Shown piece after piece: positions 41,128-54,992 of a stretch of 64,000 bases of DNA (the first letter of the stretch is position 1; every line of letters begins with the position of its first letter). Source of the stretch: Octopus vulgaris (Eukaryota); contig OX597815.1 in NCBI GenBank assembly GCA_951406725.2, positions 33,728,001 to 33,792,000 of the forward strand, in the 5' to 3' direction. The position numbers and the translations under genes were made by a program. Below the pieces are notes generated by a model that saw only the letters and a program-made list of their open reading frames with translations, had not been told where the DNA came from and did not search any database.

Positions 41128-41929
41128 CTGAATAAGAGTAAATCAATCATTAAAGCAACAATGAAATTAATGTTTTAAAGAAGACATTTATTTACTAAAC
41201 CTTGACATTTTCAGTAAACTGTTAAAATTCTGTCAGCTTTGATCAAACACTATTTCAGATGCCATATATCTTATTTCTCAAATATATCTTTAGCAGGAAT
41301 GATTTAGCAATTATTCTAACACCATGTATGGTTTTAATAAAGAATTTCTTTGACAAGGCATGAAAACAATTTTTGTTAGTTGTGAATTGGTTGATAGAAT
41401 CAATTTAAATATCTTACTTTAATTATGTTGTTGAAAACTAAATCATTGGGTTTACTTTGCTAATCACATCCTTCCCTACAAACTGGATGACTTTTTATTC
41501 AACACGACATTCTTGCAAGTCCATCATCTAAACTGTGAAGGATAACTCCATGTTTTGCAATCATCAAATTCTCTTTCTTCTCAAACTGTATCTAGTCTTT
41601 TGCATCCTTTTTCAAAAGGGTATCTCCACCAACTTTGAGGAATTCCCCTTTTCTCCACTTCTCAACCAGAATAAGTCTGTAAGCAGTACTCCTATAATGA
41701 TTCTGTGAAAATATCTCTACATATCTCTGCTTCCAACTCCACACTCTTCTCACTAGGTAAGTCCACTCCAAAGTTAACCCTTCCCAGTTTACCAGTTTCA
41801 TTACCGTGCACACAAATACCAAATGTGAAAGTACTCTCAATTACTTTAAATCACCAATCCTGACACTATCCATTGCATTGCCCTGAAAAAATATAACCCA
41901 GATACTCATCAAATTCTCCAGTTTCTCTT

Positions 41930-41962
<33 letters not shown>

Positions 41963-42199
41963 ATATATATATTTATATATATATACATATATATATATAT
42001 AACTGAGAATGTGTGTCCCTTTCCAAAGAAGAGCAGCCTTTGTAACCCTGGCCTATAACACTCACTTCCAATGTCTCAAGAGTGATGGAGGCCATCATTA
42101 ACCTTTTCAATCTTCTCTGGCTCCTTCTGTCTGTCTCTCTTCTAAATAACTGCCTGCACAACTTCTGTGAACCTATATCTACTGGAGACCTACTCTTCT

Positions 42200-43700
42200 A
42201 TATCACTCACTGGTTAAGCTTTCACTCCTGAGAAATTTGCTCAACGCAGTGTTACCCTCAGCATCAGCAAAGCTTTTGACTGTATCTGAGATGCGTAATT
42301 CTCCTATCAAAACTGGGTTCTCGAATTTATGACACCTTGTCAGAATAACTACTTTGACATGTGCTAATGGTGCTGCATCTGACACATTATTTTAATTTCG
42401 ATGTGTCCAGGGTTTGGTTTTGTTCCCCATATCCATTATGTTATAAGAGAGAACTGTAATATGTGAATCAAAGTATGGTTCACTTAATCCTCAGTGTCAA
42501 CTGTTAGCAGGGTTAACCCTGAGATATGCCCTAACTATCTGACCTACTACTAGAACCTACCGCTAATTGTCTTTCTAGCTCGCATATTTACACGCATCTA
42601 CCCACAGCCACTGCCCGAGGCCAAAACGGTCCATGTTGCTCCTACTTCTCCCACTTTTTCAATCCCTCTTCCTCTTCTGGCAAGGCCTCTCAGCCATTGA
42701 CATCACTGCCCTTTCTTTCCAGTTCACCTCATTCCCACACATTACAGCCCTGCTTGTTGCCTCTTACAACAATGCCCACTCCTACATAGATGACACCACC
42801 CTTTATCTTTATAATTTTCTATACCCAAACATCAAGCATCCACATGCAGTTCAGACACCTCAAACACCCTCCAGGGGAGTTGTGCCAACATTGTTTCCTT
42901 CAATAGCAACAAAACACAATCACTGAACATATTAAGAAAATATCACACTACACTCACTACACTCTTGGAGTGGTTGGCGTTAGGAAGGGCATCCAGCTGT
43001 AGAAACTCTACCAAATCAAGATTGGAGCCTGGTGCAACCATCTGGTTCGCCAGCCCTCAGTCAAAATCATCCAACCCATGCTAGCATGGAAAGCGGACGT
43101 TAAATGATGATGATCATCATCACACTTCACTAAACATGAACAACACACACCCAGAACTCATAAGGTCACAACAAATTTTTGAACCTTTCCTCCTCAGCAT
43201 AGCAAAGACTGTATCTTAAAGAGTGACCTTTCTTTTCAGAACCAGAAAATACTTAATCCTTTATCAGCCACTAAACCTCTACAAAGCTTATGTGAGATCT
43301 ACAACATTTAACTACACTGATATCTGCCTCACAAACAGCCATCCTTGACCACATATGAAGAAAAAAAAACATTCAAATGGTAGGCATGAAATCATTCACA
43401 AACACACTCCGACCTCTAGTTCACAGATATAAAATTTCATTTCTCTACCTTTTTTTCCACTATAACAGTGACTTCTGCTCCTGAGAGCATGCTGGTCTTG
43501 TATTACTTATATTCAAGCACTTTCAGTTCACTCATTTCTCCTTCAGTTGTCATCTATATGGTATCCAATCCACCAGCTCCAATACAATATCCCCATTCCT
43601 ACATTCTTAGAATGATTGTGGCCTGGAATCTCCTCTCTGCACATATTTTTCTTGCACCCATCAACTTATAATATTTTATGTAGAACATTAATGGCTTCAA
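42200..43700 (+). mobile_element. Decayed CR1/Jockey-type LINE interrupted by a SINE/RTE tail at about 42955-43118
   Basis: SKAFD, QGLVLSP, YIDDTT, YKAYVR and AWNLL motifs appear in RT order. Confidence 0.6.
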
Positions 43701-44514
43701 TCTTGCCTGTTTGTTGTCAGTCACTAAACAACCCTTTATAGCATCACTTGATTTGCTAGAAATAGCTTCAAATCATACCCTACCATCTCAAAAAAAAAAC
43801 CCCCAAAAAAAACAATGGGAGGACATAATGTATCTGAAAAAATGGTATAGTTTTGACTAGAACACATTTGATCATTACTCTGCTAAAACAGCCAATTTAG
43901 GGCTAAGCAATTACTACATATTCAGTTGCATGGTCCATCCTCTTATGGTCAGTCTCTTCACCATCATCCTCATTATCATTATCATTTAATGTCTGCTTTC
44001 CAGGCTGGCATGAGTTGGATGGTTTAACAGGATCCAATGTGCCAGAGGACTGTGATGAGCTCCAGTGTCAGTTTTGACATGGTTTCCACGGTTGGATGCT
44101 CTTCCTAACCCCAACCACTTTACAGAGTATGCTAGATGCATTCTCATAACACCGGCACGAGTAAGGTCACCAAGTAACTTGCAAACACACACACACACAC
44201 ACACAAAATATCTATGACTGAGTGGGATATTGTAGTAAAGAGGGAAGTGGCATTATGCCAGATTTTGGGGGTCTAAATTATGACAGAGGGGCAGGTACAA
44301 GTGTTTTGCTATAGAAGAGATACATGTTTCCTCTGTGTTATGTAAAGGTGAGTGGGATTAACTCAGATTGAAACTTATAAAAGGTAATTAATTGAACTTT
44401 AAAGTTGTGAGCAGAGTTAAAAGCAATAATAGAAACAATATAGTTGCAATAGAATTCTTGCCCCTACTTTACAGAAGATATAGTGATAGTTCCCAGAGAG
44501 TATTAATGATATAC

Positions 44515-44663
44515 CTTTAGTGTCAAATGCTTCAGGTTTAATAACTGCAACAGTCTCTTCATGTGGAAAGAAGAAGCTGAGCTCTTTCTCAGCCTCTGCT
44601 ACTGAGTCGGATCCATGGAGCAAATTCACATCAGTTTCTGGGACCATAAACTGAGCTCTCAGA
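44515..44663 (-). CDS. NME8: NME8-like exon, NDK2 His / start of NDK3
   Basis: Reads LRAQFMVPETDVNLLHGSDSVAEAEKELSFFFPHEETVAVIKPEAFDTK. Phase 2-1. Confidence 0.93.
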
Positions 44664-47630
44664 CTGAATTTGAAGTAGATAAGTAAACATTTAGTAACAA
44701 AGCAAACATTTCCTTAAAAAATTTCTCAGCTACTGCTTACAAAAGAACCTTAGACATTTGATATCTATTTCAGTAACATACAACTAGGGTTTTTTTCTTG
44801 AGCCCTAGAACTCATAAGGCTGGTTCCATGACATACATGAGTGACTCAGATCACAACATTCCCATCAATGGGATACCAGTCTGTTGCGGGGCTGATGACC
44901 AGCAATTTTGAGTGGAAGGGAACAAGTCAATTGCATTGACCCCAGTATTTGACGGGTACTTTATTCTATTGGTCCCAAAGGGATGAAAGGCAAAGTTGAC
45001 CTTGAGGGAATTTGGACTCAAAATGTAAAGTGCCAAAAGCAATACTACTGAGCATTTTGTCTGATGTTCTAATGATTCTGCCATTTTGTCATCTTATGCT
45101 TTTTATTAGACATCAGAAAATAGATTTCCTAAGTATTTCTAACAATTTTTGTAGAGAATTTTTAAACAGATACAAAAACTGATGAGACAACTGGTGGTTA
45201 CAATATTCTTATATCTTTATGTTTTAATTGACTCTACATTGAAGGTTATTAGGATTACAAGAAACATGTATTAAATCAAGGAGAAATTTAAATGATTCAT
45301 TCTAGTTCTATTTATGCCTAATTACCAAAAACATCTCTATTCTCATTGTAGTGATAATGATGTCATTGACTAAAGTTCCATAGATTCACTGTGATAGATT
45401 TAATGTTTGGAATTACAGAATCACTTATCTATACTAAATGAGGGCTAATCTTAGCTTGATAATATTTTCATGAATAAAACGATTAAAATAATATTAGACA
45501 AGTGAGAACTCAATACAAAGTTGCAGGATCTAACAGCTTTGTTCAAAACCTAAATTAACTTTCCATCATATTACAAATATCAGTTTTACTGTTCATAATT
45601 ATCTCAACATTCATAGCATTAAAGTAGTGTGACCTGATGGATGGTGGAACTGAAGCTGGAATGTGATTGGTGATTAACCCAGCTTTTGAATAAATCTATT
45701 CTCACTAATGTGATAATTATGAGACTTGCTTTCTTTCTTTCTTTTTTTTTTTGTTTTGTTTTCTTTTAATGTTTAATCAAGGTAGCACTTTCACAGTTTC
45801 TCCAAGACAATGTAATTGAGGGTCATCTTCAACAACTGAAAACATGTAACTTCAGGGAAAACATGAGAAGGAATAGAATTCCAGTCGGTTGATGCTTAGT
45901 AAAAAAAGGACTGAGAGAAATTAGTATAGGGCCAAGGGAGGGAACACAGTATAAAAAATTGGAGGAGAAAGGCAAGTGTATCAAGGGAGCTTGAGTGAAG
46001 GTGGAATGCAACTAAATTAGAGGAGCAGAGGTGATTGTAGTGGTTGTGAAAAGGCTGTGATGCGATGAGGAGACAGCTCTTCTGCAGACTAGAGGTTGGG
46101 TGATTTAAAGATAGGAGAGGGAGAATATCGTCTATGATATTAATATATCAAGATGCAACAGCATTGTCCTAAATATAGAAACAATATTCCATGAATGAAA
46201 GGTAGCAAGGGAGAGATGGCAAGATGGCAGAATTGTTAGAACATCAGACAAAATACTCAGTGCTACTTTTCTTTTATGTTGAATTCAAACTCTGCTGAGG
46301 TCAACTTAGCCTTCCACCCTTTCAAGGTCAATAAAATAAAGTACCAGTCAAGTTGATGTAATCTACTCACTCCATTCCCTCAAAATTGCCAGTCTTGAGC
46401 CAAATTAAGAAACAAAATAAAATATTAGGAAAATGCAATGTTCACAAAAATGATCTCTTTACATATCAATTTCTAATCTGTTTTGTCATGACAGGAAGAA
46501 ACCTGAAGGGGTCATCCTTTGCCTTTGGGCTAGAGGAAGAAGCTTCACATGGGATACCACTAATAGTGATTCATTTGCTCTGCAATAATGATCATAACAG
46601 GAGCATGGTGGGAGTTACAACATCCACAACTGAATAGAATAAGACACTGTAATTCCATAATCTGTCCACATTTTTCAGCCTATGAGCATTGAGACATCAG
46701 AGTGGTGCTACACTGCTGCAAAGAAGGTTTTGATTTTGTTAGTCACCTACCTCACTGAAATATCAAGCTGTTCCATTGCCTCAGCTTCATAATCACCCAT
46801 GAAACGCCATGAGTTTTAGAGGTGAGCACCAATTTCCCTTGGGGCAATGTATTATCAAGAGAGTGAGCATGCTTCTATTTTGATTATTATTTTTTTTCTT
46901 ACTGATTTCTATGTTTGCTTTCCTTATTGTTAAATTCCTTACTGTAATTTGTTCTAACTGAGCATCCACATTTAAGTGGGCATAAATATTATGTCACTTT
47001 ATTAATACTACCTCTGTTGTTAATATATATATTTTTAACAAGCTCACTGGCTAAATGTGACACCAGTGCCTATTCTGGCACTGTTTTTCTATATATTTCT
47101 GGCAGGGAGATGAGCCGTTGCCATCTCTTAGCAGTCAAGCATCCATCATTGATGAGATCAAAGAAGGTTGAAATCACATGATCTGGTGGTCTTGGCACTG
47201 GAAGTGGCAGGTGTTTATCTCCCTGCTAGCAATATAAACAAGAGTGCATTTTGCATCAAAAGCAAACATGAGAGTTTCTCTCATGGTAACTACCACAGTA
47301 TAGTTTGTTCTAACAGAACACCCATGTTTCAGTGGGCATAAATATTCCTCACTTTTGTCACTAGGTTCTTTCATACTGAATTATTGCAAATAAAATGTAA
47401 TTTTATCTGCTAAAAATGTTAGATATTTCATTTGTATATTTGAAGGTTAAGGTCTTACTAAAATAGAATTTATAAAGTCGTCCTTCAACATTTACAATTT
47501 TCACTGACTTTAATACTAATAAACAACCCGATACTAATAAACTGGGTATGAGACATCTTGGCACAGTCATTTTGGCTGTGCTTATTTGGAGTTGCTGATT
47601 TGATGCTGACTTATTTCATATCAAGCAGTT

Positions 47631-47684
<54 letters not shown>

Positions 47685-47822
47685 CTGCATTTGCTTCCGG
47701 CACCCAAAATACACTTGCCAAAACAGACTGAATGTTCAGTCAACTATGTCAAATTGTCTACACCCGAGCAGCTGCATCAAATCATCTCATTCCACAATAA
47801 ACCACCAGATATCTGAACTTAC

Positions 47823-47930
47823 CAATGAGGAGCTGTTTCAAAAGCATCACTTTTATCTGGAGGGCCAAGAATCTCTTTCCATTTTACAACTGCATTTTCT
47901 CTGGCTAGTCCAAGGGCTAAAAGTGGGCCA
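47823..47930 (-). CDS. NME8: NME8-like exon, NDK2
   Basis: Reads GPLLALGLARENAVVKWKEILGPPDKSDAFETAPH. 108 nt, phase 2-2. Confidence 0.92.
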
Positions 47931-48597
47931 CTGAAATGTAAATAGACAGAAAATCAATTTCAGAACAAATAATATTTACTAGTTAGTTACTATGTCAAAG
48001 AGTTAACAGCCTCAACCTAAGTCACAAATGGTATTGTTTGTTAGAATATAACCATATACTAAGATGCTATACAAGTAATGTTGTCTGTAGTAATTTTCTG
48101 CACACCAAGACCATCAGTATACATGTCTAGATAACAAACTGATCATATGTTCATATGAGAAAACGATAGAACACTGCATGGTCACTTGATGTGCAAGAAA
48201 GAGCAGCCAAATATTCCCTCAACACCCTACTATCTTAAAAGGGACAGGACACATTGCATAACATGATCCTTGATTCATTATGTCTATGAATAAAGTTAGA
48301 ACACCTCTGGTCATAGATGTTTTAAAATGGACTGACCTGGAGCTAAACAACAAAGTGAATTTGTCCATAACAATATACTTATGCCAAATTCCTTTACTTT
48401 GCTTAGCTTTTTTTTTTTTTTTTCTTTCAAGTTGGGACCTGACTGATAATTGCACTCCAGGCCCTAGACCAATGTACCAGCTCAACTCCTCTCTTACAGG
48501 TCCTACTCACAGCTAGGAGAACCAAAAAAATATAGAACAAAGAATATTAGCCAGACTCTATGAAAAACCTTCAGATTTAAAAGTAATATTTATCTGG

Positions 48598-48890
48598 TTG
48601 GTGCATGGCTCAGTGGTTAAAGCATCGGGCTCACAATCATAAGGTAGTGAGTTCAATTCCCGGACTGGGCTGTGTGTTGTATTCTTGAGTAAGACACTTT
48701 ATTTCACGTTGCTCCAGTAGAAATGAGTTGTGACATCACTGGTGTCAAGCCATATCAGCCTTTGTCTTTCCCTTGGATAACATCAGGGGCATGGATTGGG
48801 GAGGCTGGTATGCATGGGTGACTCAGAGGGGAACTATCTAGGTACAATTTTATGGTCATTCATGACTGAAGGGAGTCTTTTACCCTTTAC
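48598..48890 (+). mobile_element. tRNA-derived SINE
   Basis: A box TGGCTCAGTGG and B box GTTCAATTCC. Homologous to the adjacent copy. Confidence 0.85.
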
Positions 48891-48948
48891 TTCTTACTAG
48901 ATGCCACTCCTACTTTATAGTTTATACATTCATTATAGACAATTACTT

Positions 48949-49290
48949 GAAGGCACATGGCTCAGTGGTTAGAGAGTCAAGCTTACAATCGTGAGGTTGT
49001 GAGTTCGAAATCCAGACTGAGCTGCATGTTGTGTTCTTGAGCAAGACACTTTATTTCACGTTGCTCCAGTTCACTCAGCTATAGAAATGAGTTGTGACAT
49101 CACAGGTGCCAAGCTGTATCTGCTGTTGCCTTTCCCTTGGATAACACTGGTGGCATGGAGAGGGGAAGGCTGGTATGCATGGGCAACTGCTAGCCTTCCA
49201 TAAGCAACCTTGCCCAGACTTGTGCCTGGGGGGGTAAATTTCTAGGTACAATCCCATGGTCAGTCATGAGCAAAGGGTGTCTCAACTTTA
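48949..49290 (+). mobile_element. tRNA-derived SINE with 12-bp TSD
   Basis: A/B boxes present. TSD AGACAATTACTT at 48937-48948 and 49291-49302. Confidence 0.88.
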
Positions 49291-49424
49291 AGACAATTAC
49301 TTATTCTGCTTCAAATTTATATGCTCCAGAAATTCTTATACAAACATAGCACATTTTCAGAACCATGAGTGAACAAAGCTGATGCATAGGAAATAAACTG
49401 ATAAAATATTTGAGGTTGTTTTAC

Positions 49425-49569
49425 CTTGTCATTTCTTCAACCAAGTCTTCAAAATAGTCTTCCTCCACAACATGGCTGTAGAATTCTTCGATGTCACTTC
49501 TGCACAGTGTAAATTCTTTTTGTAAAGCAATATTAAAGCCAGCTTCATGGATTTTTGCAATGATCTCAT
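49425..49569 (-). CDS. NME8: NME8-like exon, NDK2
   Basis: Reads (D)EIIAKIHEAGFNIALQKEFTLCRSDIEEFYSHVVEEDYFEDLVEEMT(S). Phase 1-2. Confidence 0.92.
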
Positions 49570-50360
49570 CTTAATAAGACAAAGTAATGAGACAGAATAC
49601 ATTGAAAAAAACAGTGAGATATTTGTCCCCGAATATTATTTCAACAACTGACAAACCTAGTTGAATTAGGTAGGTGACATTTTCATAGAAAATGCCTCTA
49701 ACAAACAATGAGAGATATGAAGCTAGACAATTAGGGAAGTTAACACAGATGGTTGAATTAGTCATAGTGTAGATACCATCATCACTGTTGTCTTCTTTCT
49801 ATGTTGCCTTTGGAAGGGATATAGTCAGTCAAGCTAATCAAAAAGCTTCTACATGGCCACTCAATTTGCTAGAAATAGCAACTCAATTTCCTTCAAATCA
49901 AACTCTTTAATGTCTTAAAAAACAGGAATAATACACTAGAGAAATTCATCCAACATATACTACATCTAATTAAAAAACAGAGCAGATCTGGATTTAAACA
50001 AGTCACATGATCATTCTAACACACTCATCATCACTGTTGATACCCAGATACTTACAAAATGAAGTTCTTTTTAAGCAGACTGCTTTCTGCAGCCTGGAAT
50101 TTCAGGTGGCCCTGACTTAAAAGACTTCTCATCAAAAGTATTTTATCCATGACCATTCCATCATTTTAAGAGTATCAAATATTATATTCCACCATGAGGA
50201 GGTCCAGGCCTTGTTGCTATGTGACGGCTTGTGTGAATCATCAACTCTGAGAGTTATGCCAGTGGCTCCTAGTAGGACCTATCGTATTGGACAGGTCAAA
50301 GGATGGAGGCCAGACTAATCAGACTTATGTGGACCACCTCTCCACAGAGGTAAAAATAGG

Positions 50361-50828
50361 GGTAGAATTCTGGTTTAAGTACCCCATATAACCTTTCATG
50401 ACATTTTTATTTTTTTAACTTCTCAGAAAAGTTTTGCAAATTTGTATTCTACACATGGGAATTCATATGATTATACAAAAAATATTTCTTTTTTTATTTT
50501 TCAAATTTTTTTTCAAAATCAGTATTGATAATACAGACATTCCAAATTTTTTGCTTAAATCCCAGCAAGGACCATTAAATGTGTTTATGGAGAGAAAAAT
50601 AATGAAAAACATCAATATTTCAGGATGACAAAGAAACGAGGAGGTATTTTTGATGGCTGTGAGATGTGCTAAAAATAACAACACAAAAAAATTTTTTCCT
50701 CTTGATTTTTGCATAGTTATATGAATTCCTGTGTGTAGAACATAAATTCGTAAAAGTTTTCTGGAGATTCTAAAAAGTAGAAAAAAGTTATAAGGGGTTA
50801 TATGGGATTCAAAAACCAGAATTTTGCC
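50361..50828. mobile_element. MITE with long TIRs and 8-bp TSD (Merlin-like?)
   Basis: TSD AAAATAGG on both sides. TIR GGTAGAATTCTGGTTT / AAACCAGAATTTTGCC, extending imperfectly for over 100 bp. Confidence 0.85.
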
Positions 50829-51047
50829 AAAATAGGCTTGTTTAGAGCCAACGTAAAGGCAAAGGTACAGAAACATTGATGACAGTTCAAAACCAACAAG
50901 ACCCAAGAAAGAAAGGCCCTCCTTTAGGGAAACATACGACACAGTGCAGCAATATTTAATACTAAAACAAAACTAAAAAAAATCAGGGATCCAACTGAAG
51001 AGAAACAGAAAAGACAGACTAGAGTGGGGAGGGAATTTTCTGAAAAT

Positions 51048-51295
51048 TCATACCTGTTGGCTTTGTTTCCTCATAACTTTTGGGAAAATGAATATTTTAA
51101 ATGAAAATTTCAACTAATAGCTTTCAGAATGTGTAGATTATGATTATGTTAAATTTTTTTTGAAAAATTTATTTCACAACAAATTCAAGTATAATTGGAA
51201 TGTACACAATCTGAAGCGTATTTGTAGAAAATTTCATTAAAAGACATTTTATTTTTCAAAAAGTTATGAAGAAAGAAAGTCGTTGGGGTACATAT
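51048..51295. mobile_element. Imperfect foldback/MITE
   Basis: Inverted arms TCATAACTTTTGGGAAAAT / ATTTTTCAAAAAGTTATGA. Confidence 0.5.
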
Positions 51296-51389
51296 ATGTA
51301 GGCATGCTGCTGCTAACTCAACTTAGTTACTGAATATCATTGCACATGTGTTACCAGAAGTCCATAGTAAACGTGTATTATTTTACATT

Positions 51390-51711
51390 CATCATCATCA
51401 TCATCGTTTAACGTATGTTCTCCATGCTAGCATGGGTTGGATGGTTCGACCGAGGATCTGGGAAGCCAGAAGGCTGCACCAGGCTCCAGTTTGATCTGGC
51501 AGTGTTTCTACAGCTGGATGCCCTTCCTAACACCAACCACTCCGTGAGTGTAGTTGGTGCTTTTTACGTGCCACTGGCACAGGTGCCAGGGGAGGCTGGC
51601 AGCAGCCACGATCAGATTGGTGAATTTTACGTGCCACCGGCATGGAAGCTAGTCAAGGCGGTGCTGGCATCGGCCACGATTCGGATGGTGCTTTTTACGT
51701 GCCACCGGCAC
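51390..51711 (-). mobile_element. RTE-3'UTR-related SINE/tail (copies at 53150-53410 on -, 63420-63810 on +)
   Basis: Same 3' sequence as the RTE at 32870-33062, with a (CAT)n tail on the + strand. Confidence 0.85.
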
Positions 51712-52069
51712 ATTATAATCTTATATACATGATGGGCTTCCACACAGCTTCCATCTACCAAATTCACTCACAGGGCATTGGTTGGCCTGGGAATATAGTT
51801 GAAGATACTTGCCCAAGGTGTCATACAGTGGATTTGAAACCATGGGATTGCAAAGCAAGCTTCATAACTACAGAACTAGGCCTTGCACCTATCTTTCACT
51901 TGTTTCAATCATTAGACTTTGACCTTGAGGGGCACCACCTTGAAGAAATTTAATCGAATTATTAGACTAAAATGTTTTCAAAGTTTGGTAATTATTCCAT
52001 CAATCTCTTTTGCCAAACCGCTAAGTTACAGGGATGTAAACACACCAACACCAGTTGTCTATCAGTGAT

Positions 52070-52672
52070 AATAATAATAATAATAATAATAATGAAATTA
52101 TTGTATACAGTGCTCAGGTGCACCACAACTTGTCAGAAAGTGCGTATAAAGTATGTGCAGTAATGTACAAATGTCTGGAAAGCGAACAGTGTATGAGTCA
52201 GATACATGCTTGCATGTGTATGGAGGGGAGAAAATCAGGTGTAGTGTTGGCAAATCTCAGAAAGCATAGAAGTTTTGAAGGATGCAGTGCTCTGACAACT
52301 AACAACTGATGCTGGCAGTTTGTTCCATGCTTCAGCAACTCTCAGCGTAAAAAAATGTTTCCAAAAGTCATGGGAGCTGTAGTGTTTTCTGACTTTGTAA
52401 ATATGTCCACGGGTATTAGACGGGTGGAGTTCGAAAAGGTGCTCAGAGTTATTGTTTGTAAGATGGTTGATAATTTTATGGGTGTCTGCCAAGTCAGCTG
52501 CCAGATGTCGGAGTTTCAATGTGTCCATGCCCAGGGAAGTAAGGCATTCAGGATATGGCAAATGCCTGATGGAGGGTATTCTTTTGGTTGCACGTCGCTG
52601 AACGGCTTCCAGACGATTGATATCCTGGGCAAGATAGGGGTTCCAGACCAGTGATGCAAATTCCAGGTGAGA
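52070..52672 (-). mobile_element. CR1-like LINE 3' end with (ATT)n tail
   Basis: Reads HLEFASLVWNPYLAQDINRLEAVQRRATKRIP...AWNKLPASVV. Confidence 0.9.
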
Positions 52673-52971
52673 AGAGACAAACACAAACAAAAAAACACAC
52701 ACACACATATATCTGTATACATATGGGCTTTTTTCAGTGTCCCTCAAGCAGATCCACTCACAAGGCTTTGGTCAGCCTGAGGCTATAGTAGAAGACACTT
52801 GTCCAAGATGTCATACAGAGGGACTGAACCCAGAATTATGTGGTTGGGAAGCAAGCTTCATAACACACATCTACACCTGCACCTATAAAAAGGTTAATTC
52901 TCAATTAGGTAAAATGTTGAAAATTTTGACATGTTAGCACATTGTAGCAAGACAGGAACTGATAACAATAC

Positions 52972-53084
52972 CTTTGTATAATGTATAAGCATCAGGACGA
53001 ATAATAGCAAGTGTTCTTTCAACAGTCTTGGACCTTCTGTGAGGTAATGTCCTACTCAGTCGAGGAAAGAAAAACCCAAGTTCT
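52972..53084 (-). CDS. NME8: NME8-like exon, end of NDK1 / start of NDK2
   Basis: Reads ELGFFFPRLSRTLPHRRSKTVERTLAIIRPDAYTLYK. Phase 2-1. Confidence 0.92.
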
Positions 53085-53632
53085 CTGAAATAATAAAAAA
53101 AAATTAACAAAATATTTGTTTAAAATGACATTTAATAGTAAAGCCAGTCATCATTTAACGTCCGTTCTCCATGCTAGCATGGGTTGGACGGTTCGACCGG
53201 GGATCTGGGAAGCCAGAAGGCTGCACCAGGCTCCAGTCTGATCTGACAGTGTTTCTACAGCTGGATGCCCTTCCTAACGCCAACCACTCCGTGAGTGTAG
53301 TGGGTGCTTTTTACGTGCCAGGCGAGGCTGGCAACGGCCACGATCGGATTGGTGCTTTTTACGTGCTACCGGCACGGAAGCCAGTCAAGGCGGTGCTGGC
53401 ATCGGCCACGTTTAAAGATATGGATAAAGCTGGAATGCCTTTGATGAAAGGCCTGTTAATAGAAGTTTACATTGGTGGTGGGTGGGGGGGCTAAGCAACC
53501 ACATCAATAACAACATATCACCTTCATATTCCTCATCAATACCACCACCACCATCAATTTACTGAATAGTTCATCTGAGCAAACGCTGACTAAAAAGTGT
53601 ACCGAAATGTATTATAATGCAAAGATATTTAC

Positions 53633-53707
53633 CTCATAGCTGATGGTTGACTATCACTCCCATGCAAAGCATTCATGTAACCACTAGATCCAAATTTGGC
53701 ACGCCAA
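53633..53707 (-). CDS. NME8: NME8-like exon, NDK1 active-site His
   Basis: Reads (S)WRAKFGSSGYMNALHGSDSQPSAM(R), containing the NxxHGSD motif. Phase 2-2. Confidence 0.92.
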
Positions 53708-53868
53708 CTATAATTAAAAGGAAAAGATAGATAAGGTTTACAGTAAAGATTCACTTTCAATTATCTGCATATCTTGTGTGCATTTATGTCTATGTATATA
53801 GTTTGTGTTTAAGAAAGCAGCTGTGTCTAGATATTAAATATTTGTGCTTTTGAGACATATAAAATACA

Positions 53869-54289
53869 GGATCTTTTCAGTTTGAACGGCAGTTTTTAAT
53901 ATAATTTCTAGGTAACTAAAAAATTTTAAACTTCGTATACTGGTAGAATGTGTTTATAAAACATCTTTTTCTCTTGGCCATATTGAGAAAATTCTATATG
54001 TTGTAACATGTTTCGTCTTTAATTTCGAGCATTTTGGCAATTTTAACCAATCACTGGCGTCCATTTAGGTAAATAACATTCTGTGCATAATGAATATGTC
54101 CCTCGTTTAAGAAACCGATTGGGTTTATTTACATTTGTGAAGAAAAAAAGATATCCTTCCCCCCACCCCTAACTAACCCTAACCCTAAAACAGATTGAAA
54201 TGCAATAGATCGATACTAGGGTCATAATTATGGGTGACAATTTCATATGACACCGCTAGAAAAAACTGCCGTTCAAACCGAAAAGATCC
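53869..54289. mobile_element. MITE with about 28-bp TIRs and 8-bp TSD
   Basis: TIR GGATCTTTTC(A/G)GTTTGAACGGCAGTTTTT. TSD AAAATACA at 53861-53868 and 54290-54297. Confidence 0.92.
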
Positions 54290-54297
54290 AAAATACA

Positions 54298-54992
54298 TCT
54301 ATAAGCAGATCTGTCTGAGGTATGTCTGTTGATGTTCCAGAGTTCTGCTTCAGGAGATCCCCATACAGCACTCATGCTTTCTCGCAGATGATGGTCCCCG
54401 TAATTGGATTCCCTGCGAGTTGCTTCTTGTTGCTCCACACGAGAAGCAATATTTCCATCTCTTCGTGGACAGATGTGCATTGCTTGGAGCGCTGGAGACC
54501 CCCTTTGCTATTGTAACAACCTTGATCTCATCCTTTTTCTTCAGGGTGGTGCAGATCGTTGACGTACTTCTGTCATATCAACATGCTATGTCCACTACCC
54601 ACACTCCTCTCTCATGTTTATCAATGATTTCCTTCTTCAGTTCTATCGTAATCAGCTTTTTTTCTTTACAGCACAGTTTTTGCACTAACCTTCTTAGGAC
54701 CCATGGCTAACACAACTGATTATAAGCAAAAAATAGCACAAAACTAAAAAAAAAAACACTGGGAAAAACACAATAGGGATACTGCCACAGCGAGATAAAT
54801 GCTTGGACCGAGTGAGCAGAGGCTGCACTTGTTGGGAGAGCATTTGTGAGCTCCATGCTGACTAGCGGTTGCTTGTATGAAACTCGCAGGTACTGTGGAT
54901 TTCTACTTGTACTTCAAGACAAAAATTTACACAAGCCTCGGCTGATACAGTAAATTACTTGTACAATGGTGCACTCATACTGTGAGGTTCTA

